The notes beneath the pieces were generated by a model. It had not been told where the DNA came from, did not search any database, and saw only the letters and a program-made list of their open reading frames with translations. Shown here one piece after another: positions 31,332 through 41,848 of a DNA stretch of 64,000 bases. This DNA is from Nitrospirota bacterium (GTDB taxonomy: Bacteria; Nitrospirota; Nitrospiria; Nitrospirales; NS-4): positions 288,001 to 352,000 of the forward strand of contig CAWBGA010000002.1 of NCBI GenBank assembly GCA_963788195.1, written 5' to 3'. Both the position numbers and the translations under genes were made by a program. How positions within the stretch are numbered: the first letter of the stretch is position 1; the number at the start of each line of letters is the position of its first letter.

Positions 31332-32565
31332 ATGCCGACTGAACCCTCTGTCAATACTGCCCTGGATTTTCCGCAGGGCTTTTTTTCACTGGCATGTAAG
31401 GAATCACTTAAGGAGTCGCTGGTTGGCCCGCGAAGCAATGGCCCGGTGCCCGAGAGTCATGTGCTCATCGTGGGCGGTGAGAACTCTGCACGGTTATGGG
31501 TCAGCAGACTTCTCGAGCGCCAAGGGCAGACGAAGATCCTCACTGGCTTCCGATATTCAGTCCGCCACGGCCATCCTGCATCATCAACCCTGCGCGGCGC
31601 TGGTGATGAACCTCTCGGCTCACGCACCCGAGGCTCAGGGCTTGCGCTTGAACGGGGTGGCACTCATTTCAAAGGCCAGGACTTTGGATCCCGACGTTCA
31701 GATCATTGTCGTCGTCGATAGATCTGAGCTGCAATTAGGCGTGCAAATGATGCGCGCCGGCGCCTTTGATTGCTTGACGACAGACCAAGCGCCCCAGGAG
31801 ATTGTTTCCTGCATCGTTCGCGCGCTCGGACGCCGGCAGGAGACAATGAACGAGCGGGCATACAACGAACTCCTCGAGCAAGCGGTGTACCAGCGCACCG
31901 GCGAGCTCAACAGCATGGTAGGCGAGCTCGAAGAGGCCTACCGCCAAACGCTGTGGGCGCTGGGGTCCGCTCTGGAAAGCCGGGACGTGGAGACGAACGC
32001 CCATTCTTTTCGTGTGATGAAATATGCGCAGGCATTGGCCTCAGCGATGGGAATCGACGGCAAGGCTCTGAAAGACATTGAGTACGGCGTGTTCCTTCAT
32101 GACATTGGGAAGATCGGCGTCAGCGACGCGATCCTTTTCAAGCCCGGCAAGCTGACCGAAGAGGAATGGACCGTCATGCGTCAGCACCCGGCCCGCGGGC
32201 GGTATTTGCTTGCGGGGATCAAGTTCCTGGAAGGCGGCCTGGACATTGTCTACAGCCATCATGAGCGATGGGACGGGAAAGGCTATCCTCAAGGACTGAG
32301 CGGCGAGGGGATTCCGCTTGGCGCCCGCATCTTCGCGATCGGCGATACGCTGGACGCGATGACGTCCGATCGACCGTATCGAAAGGCGCTCCCCTACCAA
32401 GATGCGCGGTCCGAGATTCTCAAAAACAGCGGAATTCAATTCGATACAGCAGTGGTGAAGGTCTTTAGCCAATTCAACGACGCCGACTGGAATCGGCTGC
32501 GTGAAGAGGGAGAGGACTTGGCCCGCTCAATCGTGCGCCGTAAGCACGAAAGTCTGCTCACCTAG
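31332..32565 (+). CDS. REC plus HD-GYP phosphodiesterase; frameshift near 31550
   Basis: LHDIGK, HHERWDGKGYP, DAMTSDRPYR. Confidence 0.9.
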
Positions 32566-32684
32566 CTTTTGGGTTCATAGCCCTGTTACTCCCGGTCGTC
32601 GATTTCCGAACAGCCTCCAGCGGTTATCTTCACTCCCCCGAGCATGCCCTGTCCCATTTTTGACACACCTCTCTGTTAGTTACT

Positions 32685-32711
32685 TAAGTTTTACTAGCTA
32701 ACTGACGATAC
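32685..32711 (+). promoter_or_regulatory. Sigma28-type promoter TAAG-N15-GACGATAC heading the glycosylation island
   Basis: Motif and spacing match; intergenic location. Confidence 0.6.
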
Positions 32712-32762
32712 CATGACCAGTCAGTGTATGAACGGTGTCACAACATAACAGGATCCCCCCGA

Positions 32763-33374
32763 ATGGTCACGCTCGGCCTTGAATTCTTTCGCCCCACAAA
32801 GGTCATGCGGGAGTTGTTTGTGCTGCTCTCATTGGATGAGTCCCAGCAGGTCAGCCAGCACGGATTGGCACGCAAGGTCGGTGTCAGCAGTTCGATGGCG
32901 AACAATTACATTAAGACTCTAGTCGGCCAAGGGATGGTTTTGGCCTCCGGTGATACAAACCGGACCATGAGGTACGCCGTGACCGCCAAAGGGAATGAAC
33001 GCGTCACACAATTGATGAGCATGTACTCTCGGGAAACCGCCCTCTTGTATTCAATCGCTAAGCGGGAAGTGGAGAAGCGCCTCCGTCAATTGCACGCGGA
33101 GGGCATGAAGAACGTCGTCTTGTTTGGAGCAGCGGAGACCGGCGAACTGGCCTACGTTGCGGCGAAGGCGACTCCGATTCATATCGTCGGCTGGGTCGAT
33201 AACGATGCGACGAAGCATCAGCTGCGATTTGGAGAGATCCGAGTCGCGTCGCCCTCTCTGATTGAAACATTTCATCCTGACGCGATCCTTATTGCCTCTT
33301 CCGGAAAAGCCGATGAAATTCGACGTCAGCTTGATGGTTTTCCGCAGCGAGGCATTGCCGTTGTCACTCTGTAA
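32763..33374 (+). CDS. Winged-HTH (MarR-like) regulator with C-terminal Rossmann-like domain
   Basis: SQHGLARKVGVS..MANNYIK..YAVTAKG; NVVLFGAAETG. Confidence 0.8.
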   Translation: MVTLGLEFFRPTKVMRELFVLLSLDESQQVSQHGLARKVGVSSSMANNYIKTLVGQGMVLASGDTNRTMRYAVTAKGNERVTQLMSMYSRETALLYSIAKREVEKRLRQLHAEGMKNVVLFGAAETGELAYVAAKATPIHIVGWVDNDATKHQLRFGEIRVASPSLIETFHPDAILIASSGKADEIRRQLDGFPQRGIAVVTL

Positions 33375-33378
33375 TCTC

Positions 33379-34455
33379 ATGAAGACATCCTACGCCAAGC
33401 CAAATGAGCGACTCCGTGCCGCGATTATCGGACTTGGTCAAATCGGCAACCAATTTGACGACGATCCCAAACGTACCGACGTCTGGACTCACGCCGGCGC
33501 CTATAGCTCGGTGCCCGCGGTCGAGTTGATTGCGGGGGCGGATCCCGATGAAACCAGATTGCATCGCTTCCTGGACCGTCGCAACGTGAGAGCCGGGTAT
33601 CGCGACTATCAGGAGATGCTTGAAAAGGAAGCCATTGACCTGTTGAGCGTCTGTTCTCCGACGGAGTTGCATTACACGATGGTTCTTGCCGGAGTCCAAG
33701 CCCGCGTCAAAGCGATTTTCTGTGAAAAGCCATTGGCATCAACTGTCGAGCAGGGCATGGCGATGGTTGAGGCCTGCCGTTCGGCAGGAATCGTCCTCGC
33801 GGTCAACCATACGAGAAGGTGGGAGTCGATCTATCTGCAAGCGAAGCGTCTGATCGACGAAGGTGTCATCGGTCGCATCGAATCGATTGCCGGTCATTAT
33901 CCGGGCAAGGTCTTCACGATGGGCACGCACCTTTTCGATCTCATGCGGTACTACGGGGGCGACGTGGAGTGGGTATCGGGCGTAGAAGTCGGTGAAGCCA
34001 GTTCAGAGCCCAATCTCGCCGGCCATTTGAGGTTCCGCTCCGGCGCATACGGAGCGATCCTTTGCGGCTGGGACCGCAGTAACCATGTCTTTGAGCTGGA
34101 GGTACATGGGAATGGAGGGCGAATTCGCATCTCAGGCGACGGCAGTCTGCTTGAACTGCACCGTTTCGAGGAGAGCCCGCGTTATTCCGGCTATCGAGAA
34201 CTCACACCGGTCGAACTTGCAGTCGGTCAAGGCCACGCACCTGCCGGCGAAGAGAATCGCTTTATCGCGGCAGTAAAGGATCTGGTGAGATGCGCCGGGG
34301 CTGGCGAGAGTCCGGCGTGCTCCGGGCAGGACGGTTTAGCGGCGGTGGAGATGGCTTGTGCCCTGGTGGAGTCCGCGCGCAGTGGATGTCGGCCAATCGA
34401 TCTAAGGATGCTCATGATAAGGAGTCGTAATGGCCTCTATCGCAGCACTAAGTAA
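33379..34455 (+). CDS. Gfo/Idh/MocA oxidoreductase
   Basis: AIIGLGQIG, CEKP, NHTRR, THLFD. Confidence 0.9.
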   Translation: MKTSYAKPNERLRAAIIGLGQIGNQFDDDPKRTDVWTHAGAYSSVPAVELIAGADPDETRLHRFLDRRNVRAGYRDYQEMLEKEAIDLLSVCSPTELHYTMVLAGVQARVKAIFCEKPLASTVEQGMAMVEACRSAGIVLAVNHTRRWESIYLQAKRLIDEGVIGRIESIAGHYPGKVFTMGTHLFDLMRYYGGDVEWVSGVEVGEASSEPNLAGHLRFRSGAYGAILCGWDRSNHVFELEVHGNGGRIRISGDGSLLELHRFEESPRYSGYRELTPVELAVGQGHAPAGEENRFIAAVKDLVRCAGAGESPACSGQDGLAAVEMACALVESARSGCRPIDLRMLMIRSRNGLYRSTK

Positions 34456-35749
34456 ATTAGCGATCTTAGGAGGAAAGCCCATCCGCACTACCCCCTTTCC
34501 CGCGTACCCGGTGATTGGAGACGAAGAGAAGCGGGCGGTGATGGAAGTGTTGGACTCGGGTCAGCTCTCCACATTCTCAGCCAGCCGGCAGGGCTTTCTC
34601 GGCGGCCGCAAGATTCAGGCGTTTGAAGCGGCGTTCGCAGGATACCACGGGGTAGAACACGCGATTGCCGTGAATTCAGCAACCTCGGGGCTGCATGCCG
34701 CAGTCGCGGCCTGCGAGGCAGGACCCGGGGATGAAGTGATTGTGCCCCCCTACACATTTACCGCGACCGCGACCGCTGTGCTTCATCACAACGCCATCCC
34801 GGTTTTTGCCGATGTGGATCCAGTCACATTCTGCATGGACCCCGCGCGACTTGAGGCGGCAATTACCCCGCGCACCAAGGCGGTGATACCGGTTCATCTT
34901 CTCGGACATCCGGCGGACATGGACCCGATCCTCGCCATCGCGCGGCGGCATGGTCTCAAAGTCATTGAGGATTGCGCGCAGGCGCCAGGAGCGCGGTACA
35001 AAGGCCGCCTGGTGGGAACGATGGGGGACTGCGGGGTCTTCAGTTTCCAAGAGACGAAGAACATGGCAACCGGCGAAGGCGGAATGGTCATCACCAATGA
35101 TCCCGTGCTTGCGGAGCACGCGCGAATGATTCGCAATCACGGCGAGGCCGTGGTCGCGGGAGAGGCGCGTAAATATCTGACCAGCACCATAGGGTGGAAT
35201 TACCGAATGACCGAGATCGAGGCAGCGATCGGAGCTGTCCAGCTCACCAAACTGGACGGCTTGAACAAGGCGCGGCATGAACTGGCTGCGTATCTTCTCG
35301 ATGCCATGCCCGCTCATCCGGGTCTCACTTTCCCCACAGAGCCGTCGATGATCAATCACGTCTATCACGTGTTCGGAATGCGGTACGACGAGAGCAAGAT
35401 CGGCGTTCCCCGATCGCGCTTTCTCGAGGCGCTCATCGCGGAGGGAATTCCCATGAGCCCCGGGTACCCGCGTCCGCTCTACCATAATCCGTTGTTTCAA
35501 GACCGTTTGGCATACGGCAAGCAGGGCTGCCCATTCACCTGCAGTCTCTACGAGGGAACCGTCTCTTATGCAAAGGGCCTGTGTCCGGTCGCCGAGGATC
35601 TCTGCGCGCGGTCGGCGCTCTGGACGTTTGTCGTCCGCCCTCCCGGGACCATTCGCGATATGCAGGACATCGTGGCGGCGTTCGAAAAGGTCTTGGATAA
35701 CAGCGCAGCGTTGAAAGAGGAGCACAATGATAAAGCCGCAATCAGTTGA
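34430..35749 (+). CDS. DegT/DnrJ/EryC1/StrS sugar aminotransferase
   Basis: NSATSGL, IEDCAQA, FSFQETKNMATGEGG. Confidence 0.92.
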   Translation: MASIAALSKLAILGGKPIRTTPFPAYPVIGDEEKRAVMEVLDSGQLSTFSASRQGFLGGRKIQAFEAAFAGYHGVEHAIAVNSATSGLHAAVAACEAGPGDEVIVPPYTFTATATAVLHHNAIPVFADVDPVTFCMDPARLEAAITPRTKAVIPVHLLGHPADMDPILAIARRHGLKVIEDCAQAPGARYKGRLVGTMGDCGVFSFQETKNMATGEGGMVITNDPVLAEHARMIRNHGEAVVAGEARKYLTSTIGWNYRMTEIEAAIGAVQLTKLDGLNKARHELAAYLLDAMPAHPGLTFPTEPSMINHVYHVFGMRYDESKIGVPRSRFLEALIAEGIPMSPGYPRPLYHNPLFQDRLAYGKQGCPFTCSLYEGTVSYAKGLCPVAEDLCARSALWTFVVRPPGTIRDMQDIVAAFEKVLDNSAALKEEHNDKAAIS

Positions 35750-36464
35750 CACGCAGGGCGTCCTCGGAGTGATTCACGCGCGGGGTGGCTCGAAGCGCAT
35801 CCCGTTGAAGAACATCAAGCTGCTCGCGGGCCGGCCGCTGATCTCGTATATGGTGGAAGCGGCGATGGAAAGCCGTCTACTCGATCGGCTGATCGTGTCG
35901 ACGGACCATCCGGAGATCGCTCGAATCGCGCGCGAATATGGGGCGGAGGTGCCGTTCATGCGACCGATGGATCTGGCGGAGGACGTTGCGTCCGAGTTGG
36001 TGACGCAACACGCCGTGCGTTTCGTCGAAGCTGAGGGCTATCCCGTCCGGATCGTGCTCACGATGCAGCCGACCACTCCCTTCTGCTCGGCGGAAGACAT
36101 CGATGCCTGTATCCAGAGAATGCTCGACACCGATCTGGACACCGTATTCACCGGCTGCGAAGTCCATGAGCGGCCGGAGTGGATGTACCGGCGGGACGCA
36201 TCCTCCGACGATCGCGTGCTTCCATTCACCGGCCGGTTGGTTCAGGGCGACGCGGGCATCAGTCAGAAATTGCCCAAGCTCTTTATTCCCAACGGGGCGG
36301 TCTGGGCCACGCGACGGGCAGTCTTAATGGAGCAAGGGCTGATTACGGGACGGAGGGCGGGCATTGTCGTGATGAGTCGGGAGCGGTCCGTGGATATCGA
36401 TGAACCCGTGGACTTTATTACCGCAGAGGCAATAGCAGGCGAACTCCTCAAGGTGAGAGTCTAG
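35727..36464 (+). CDS. neuA: CMP-nonulosonate synthetase (acylneuraminate cytidylyltransferase, NeuA/LegF/PseF family)
   Basis: ARGGSKRIPLKN, QPTTP, SVDIDE. Confidence 0.88.
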   Translation: MIKPQSVDTQGVLGVIHARGGSKRIPLKNIKLLAGRPLISYMVEAAMESRLLDRLIVSTDHPEIARIAREYGAEVPFMRPMDLAEDVASELVTQHAVRFVEAEGYPVRIVLTMQPTTPFCSAEDIDACIQRMLDTDLDTVFTGCEVHERPEWMYRRDASSDDRVLPFTGRLVQGDAGISQKLPKLFIPNGAVWATRRAVLMEQGLITGRRAGIVVMSRERSVDIDEPVDFITAEAIAGELLKVRV

Positions 36465-36493
36465 AAAGTGGAGCGACACGAAAAGGAGCGCAC

Positions 36494-37772
36494 ATGGCGA
36501 AGCTGATTGGCAATTACAAAATGGCGGGACAGCCTGATGCGGTTCCTGCGGCATCCGGTTCAGAAAAAAAGGAAGAAACCACCGTGGCCGAGTTCGAGCG
36601 GCGGGCGTTGGAACGACTCGGTGGCAGCATCGCCTTTGTCATGAAGGGCAAGAATGTGCTGTGGAGCGGACACTCCTCAAAAAGATGCCAAGAAACCATG
36701 AAGACCGCGCTCAACGAGACTGAACTCGAGATGATCGGCCGGGCCACGTTCAAAAAGACGGCGGAGATCGGCTTTCGTCATGCGCAGGAAAATCTGCCGT
36801 ATATCAAGCAATCGATCCAAGATGTTCCAAAGCCGGCGCCGGCAAAAGGCAATTCCGCCATTGCGATGTCCGCCGGCCCAAGCCTTCACCGCCAGTTTAC
36901 GATCCAGCGCATCATCGCGCATCGCTATCCGGGCACGGTCGTCGTGGCGGATGGCGCTCTCGGCTACTGCCTCCGTAACGGCTTGGTGCCGGATTATGTG
37001 GTTACGGTCGATCCGCATCCTTCCTGGATCATCAGGTGGTTCGGCGATCCGGATCTCGCGAGCCGTCCGGACGACGACTATTTTCGGCGGCAGGACCTTG
37101 ATCCCGCGTTGAATACCCATGAGCGCGAGCGAAATGAGGAGCTGATCAGCCTCGTGAACGAACATGGCCATAAGATCAAAGTCATCATCGCGACCTGCGT
37201 CTCACCTAATGTGACGCGCCGGTGCCTTGAGGCCAAGATGCCGCTCTACTGGTGGAATCCGATCTGCGACGACTACGACGACCCCGCCAGTCACACGCGC
37301 CGGCTCTTCGAATTGACCGGGATGCCGTGCATGGTCACGGGAGGCAATTGCGGCGCTTCCGCCTGGATCTTTGCCAAAGCCATTCTGGAGCGTGAGCCGG
37401 TTGGGATGGTCGGGATGGATCTAGGCTACGCGCCCGGCACGCCGCTGAAGAAGACCCAGTACTATCACGAACTCATCAAATTCTATCCGGAAGAGCGTCT
37501 GGAGGAGGCCTATATCCAGATGCCTAACCCGCATTTGGACGAGACGTGGTACACAGACCCTACGTACTACTGGTACCGCCAGTGCTTTCTTGCAGATGGT
37601 CCAGCAGTCGGGATGGACGGCCTACAACTGCACAGAGGGAGGCACCTTGTACGGCGATGGCATCGAGTGGCTTGCCCTCGACGCATTTATTGAATCTTGT
37701 TCCGCCAAGTCGTCTGTCGCAACGAAACTACCGAATCATGAAACCGCTTCATTGCCCGCGAGGAGATCGTAA
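36494..37772 (+). CDS. Maf/DUF115 (MptE-like fold) protein; frameshift near 37590
   Basis: SAGPSL, VADGA, PDYVVTVD, VGMDL, YNCTEGG. Confidence 0.8.
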
Positions 37773-37773
37773 C

Positions 37774-39380
37774 ATGGCTAAAGTCCTAATCGTTAATCCT
37801 GTCATTCGTGCGGAGGATGATCCCCGGCATGTCCCGTATGGCCTGGCGCTCCTGGCCGGCGTCGCTAGCCGTGAGGGTCATCAGATCCAAGTCTTCGACT
37901 CGAATGGCTGGCGCCCCTCCGATGAGGAACTTGTGGAAGCCATCCAGGCCGATGATTGGGATGTGATCGCAACCGGCGGGATCACGACCGCCTACGGCTA
38001 TATGAAGAAGACCGTGCAACTCGCGCGGCAGTATGCCCCGAATGTCACTGATCATGATGGGCGGCGGGGCGTTGACCGCGATGCCGCGGGACATCATGGG
38101 GTTTTGTCCTGAGATCGACCTCGGTGGCATCGGCGAAGGCGTCGAGACCTTCCCCGAAGTCCTGAAAAAGATCGATGAGGGTCGCACGCGGACAGCCGAT
38201 TGGTCGGACGTCGCCGGCATCATCTGGCGCAGTGCTGCCGGGGAGGTCCGTTTGAATCCCGAGCGCCCGTTGATGGCGGACATCGATACGCTGCCGTTTC
38301 CGGCCTACGAGCTGTTTCCGTTGGACATTTATTTCAAGAACTCCTGCATCCTGCTGTCTGAAGAAGCCATGCAGGCCAAACGGCGGCTGGACATCAACAT
38401 GTCCTACGGCTGCTCGCTCATCTGCCGCTTTTGTTTTCACCTCGGGCTCACGGGCGACATGAAGTATACCGACACCCAGCAGGTCGACGGCGGCGACGTG
38501 GTGTTCAACAACGATCGGAACATCCGCTGGCACAGCGCCGAGTATGTCGTGAAACAGGTCAAGTACATGAAGGAACGATTCAACGTGGATTTCGTCTCGT
38601 TCCTGGACGAAAACCTCATGACCATGCATGTCTCCACGCATAAGAAGTGGCTGTTCGAGATCAGCGATCTGTGGATCAAGGCGGGCCTGCAGCCGAGCTG
38701 CGTCCGTGACGGCGTTCCCCACGATGCGAAGACCTGCGACGGGGTTCATTGGGGCGGCACCAGCCATGCGACTCTCGGCCTATCCGGAAGTCCTCCAGGC
38801 GATGAAACGCGCCGGCTGCACATATCTGGACTATGGCCTCGAGTCCTTCTCGGATCGGGTGCTGAAGACGGTCGGCAAAGGCGCCACGGTCAAGACCAAC
38901 GAGCGTTGTCTCAAAATCACCATGGAGGCGGGGATCCGGCCCATCCCGAATCAGATCATCGGCTTTCCGGACGAATTCTTCGACAGCCTGTACGACAACA
39001 TGGCCTTCTGGGAACGCATCGGGATCATGGTGAAGCCATTCTTTGCCACGCCCTACCCCGGCTCGGAGTGGTACTACACGTATAAGGACAGAATTCTCGA
39101 GCAATACGACGGCGACCTCGAGGCGTTCATCCTGGACCTGGGGGATGCCACCAAGATCACGGCGGTCATCTGCCACAACTTTAACGACATCGAGCTGCTC
39201 GGCCTGCGCGAGCTGATGCTGCAACATGATGTGAAGCGGATCAAGGTATATGAAAAGCAGTGGCGAAAGCTGCACGGCGAGCCAATCTTTGCGAAGGAGG
39301 CTCTCCGGAAGAAAGATCGAGCAACTGGACCTGCTCACCCCTCCGAAAATGGTCACGGTGTCCTAAGCCCCGAGCGCTAG
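37774..39380 (+). CDS. Cobalamin-binding radical SAM enzyme (class B methyltransferase-like); two frameshifts
   Basis: PYGLALLA B12-binding domain; CSLICRFC (CxxxCxxC); YGLES; TPYPGS. Confidence 0.88.
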
Positions 39381-39399
39381 GGAGAGCAACGGAGACGAT

Positions 39400-40456
39400 A
39401 TGGCAACGGCATGCTCCACTCGACAGATGACGGTTCGCATCGGCGATTACCTTGTAGGCGAGGGCAGACCGCCGATGGTCATCGCGGAGGTCGGGATCAA
39501 TCACAACGGGGACGTGAAACTGGCCAAGTTGATGGTGAAGGCAGCCCAGGCGGCCGGCGCGCAATGCATCAAGTTTCAGACGCATATCACTCCGAAAGAG
39601 ATGACCCCGACCAACATGACACCGGGAAACATCAGTGCGGAGCCGTTATGGAACATCATCCAGCGGTGTGAGCTGACGGAGACTGAGGAGCAAGAGGTGA
39701 AAAGGCTCTGTGAGGAGTTGGGAATCCTTTTTCTCTCCACGCCGTTCTCGCGCGAAGCTGCGGATCGGCTGGAGGCGCTCGACGTCGCGGCTTATAAGAT
39801 CGGCTCGGGTGAGATCACGAACCTGCCGCTGATCGAGCATGTCGCGAAAAAGGGCAAGCCGATGATCGTCTCCACTGGCATGACCGAGCTTGAGGAGATC
39901 GCCGAGACCGTGAAGTTGATTCAAGGCTATGGCGTGCCCCTCATCCTGTTGCAATGCACGTCGGTCTATCCCACAGCCTATAAGGACGTCAGACTCGGCG
40001 CGATAGGCGTTTTGCGGGAGCGCTTTAACGTCCCTGTCGGCCTTTCGGACCACTCCGTGGGGATCTACACCGCCCTGGGCGCCGTGGCAAAGGGCGCCTG
40101 CATTCTTGAGAAGCATTTCACGATCAGCCGCGACTGGCCAGGGCCCGATCAGGGCCTCTCGATAGAGCCCCACGAACTCCGCGAACTCGTTCGCGGCGCA
40201 GAGGCGATCTACCTGGCGCTGGGCGACGATAAGGTCATCCTGGAAGAGGAACGTCCGGTCATCGAGTTCGCGCGCGCTTCTGTGGTCGTCGTGAAGCCGA
40301 TCGCAGCCGGCGAGCGGTTCACGGAGGACAACATCTGGGTCAAGCGTCCGGCGGACGGGGAGATCCCAGCGAAGGACTTCAGTAAGGTGATCGGCAAAAC
40401 GGCCAAGGTCGCGATGGAAATTGACCACCAGCTCAAATGGAGTGAGGTGCGAGTGA
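39400..40456 (+). CDS. neuB: Nonulosonate synthase NeuB (with SAF domain); true stop probably 40454-56 after a 1-nt indel
   Basis: IAEVGINHNG, KFQT, YKIGSGE, GLSDH, EKHFT, KRP. Confidence 0.9.
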
Positions 40457-40458
40457 CA

Positions 40459-40598
40459 TGCCGAGACCTGTCCGCCAACAGCCGGGGCCGTGCTCGCTCC
40501 CGAAGCACCAAGTCGCAGTGCGCGCCTGGGCGCTCGTTCAGCGGCCACTCGCAAGCGACTGGCTAGGGCACCCGACTCGGATGCCACCCGCCTCGGCA
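40459..40598. repeat. Structured intergenic element with terminal inverted repeats TGCCGAG...CTCGGCA
   Basis: Nested hairpins: GTGCT/AGCAC, AGTCGC/GCGACT, GCGC-CTGG-GCGC, GGCA.CCGA/TCGG.TGCC. Confidence 0.5.
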
Positions 40599-40654
40599 GT
40601 ACTCGAGTGATCACTGCTGAAAAAATTGAGCCTGGCAGAAGTAAAGGAAACGGA

Positions 40655-41848
40655 ATGAGAACGATTGCGATTGTGACGGAGCGGCGTGCGGATTACAGCC
40701 GCTACAAACCCATCCTCGAACTGATTCGTGAAGATCCCGAATTAGACTACAAGCTGATCGTCACCGGTATCTCCCTGCTGAAGGAGCACGGGAACGATAT
40801 CGACGTCATTAAGCGCGACGGCTTTGCCATTGAAGCGGTCCTGCCGATGTTCGCTGAGAACGCGCCGGATACGGGAGCCGAAATGGTGCGGGCCATGGGC
40901 CGGGTCATGCCGGCGCTGGCTGATCTCTTTGAACGATTACGGCCCGACGTCATTCTGTCCGGATTTGATATCGGCGCGAACTTCGCCGCGACTGTGGCCG
41001 GCGCCCATATGAACATCCCTGTTGCGCACATTCAGGGCGGCGAGGTCACGGGGAGCATCGATGAGTCCTTGCGCCATGCCATGTCCAAGTTTGCGCACCT
41101 GCATTTTCCGGCCACCGAGGAATCGAAGCAGCGACTCATCCGGATGGGGGAGAACCCTCACAATATTTTCGTCGTGGGATGTCCGTCCCTGGACGTGGTC
41201 TTGGGGACTCCTGTCATGTCGAAAGAGCAGGTCACAGGAGCGCACGGGCTCGATCCGAGACGGCCGTACGTGGTCATTCTGCAGCATCCCGTCACCACCG
41301 AAGTGAAGCAGGCCGGACTGCAAATGGCGGAAACATTGGCCGCCGTCGCCAACCTGAATCTTCAAGGCGTGCTGATTTATCCGAATAACGACGCAGGCGC
41401 GCAACGAATCATCACGGAGATCAACAAGAGCGGAATCAAGATCGTGCGAAGCCTTCCGGCTGAGGGATTTGTCAATCTGGTACGGCATGCGGGTGCCCTC
41501 GTCGGCAATTCGAGCAGCGGGATTCACGAAACCGCGTCGCTTGGCGTGCCGACCGTCAACATCGGCAGCCGTCAGCAGGGACGGGAGCGAGGACCGAACG
41601 TTCTTGATGTCGGCAATGATCGCGATGCGATCCGGGAAGCGCTCCTGACCGCCTTACACGATGAAGCGTTTAAGGCCGTCGTGGATCGACGGATCAATCC
41701 CTACGGTGATGGGCGAGCGGCGGCACGGATCGTCCACGTTTTGAAAACAGTTTCATTGGACAACCTCATACAAAAGAGATTCTACGATGCCACGAGCGAT
41801 GATTGCGGTGATCGGCGGGACGGGGTTTATTGGCCGGCACTTGCTTGA
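40655..41848 (+). CDS. neuC: Hydrolysing UDP/GDP-GlcNAc-type 2-epimerase (NeuC/LegG family)
   Basis: RADY, HIQGGE, DES.RHA.SK, QHPVT, GNSSSGI, NIGSRQ. Confidence 0.9.
   Translation: MRTIAIVTERRADYSRYKPILELIREDPELDYKLIVTGISLLKEHGNDIDVIKRDGFAIEAVLPMFAENAPDTGAEMVRAMGRVMPALADLFERLRPDVILSGFDIGANFAATVAGAHMNIPVAHIQGGEVTGSIDESLRHAMSKFAHLHFPATEESKQRLIRMGENPHNIFVVGCPSLDVVLGTPVMSKEQVTGAHGLDPRRPYVVILQHPVTTEVKQAGLQMAETLAAVANLNLQGVLIYPNNDAGAQRIITEINKSGIKIVRSLPAEGFVNLVRHAGALVGNSSSGIHETASLGVPTVNIGSRQQGRERGPNVLDVGNDRDAIREALLTALHDEAFKAVVDRRINPYGDGRAAARIVHVLKTVSLDNLIQKRFYDATSDDCGDRRDGVYWPALA

Noticed and set aside
40457..40654. C-terminal extension of NeuB and N-terminal extension of NeuC in the ORF track
   Set aside because: Low-complexity Arg/Ser/Ala translations of a structured intergenic element; family-typical ends are at ~40456 and 40655
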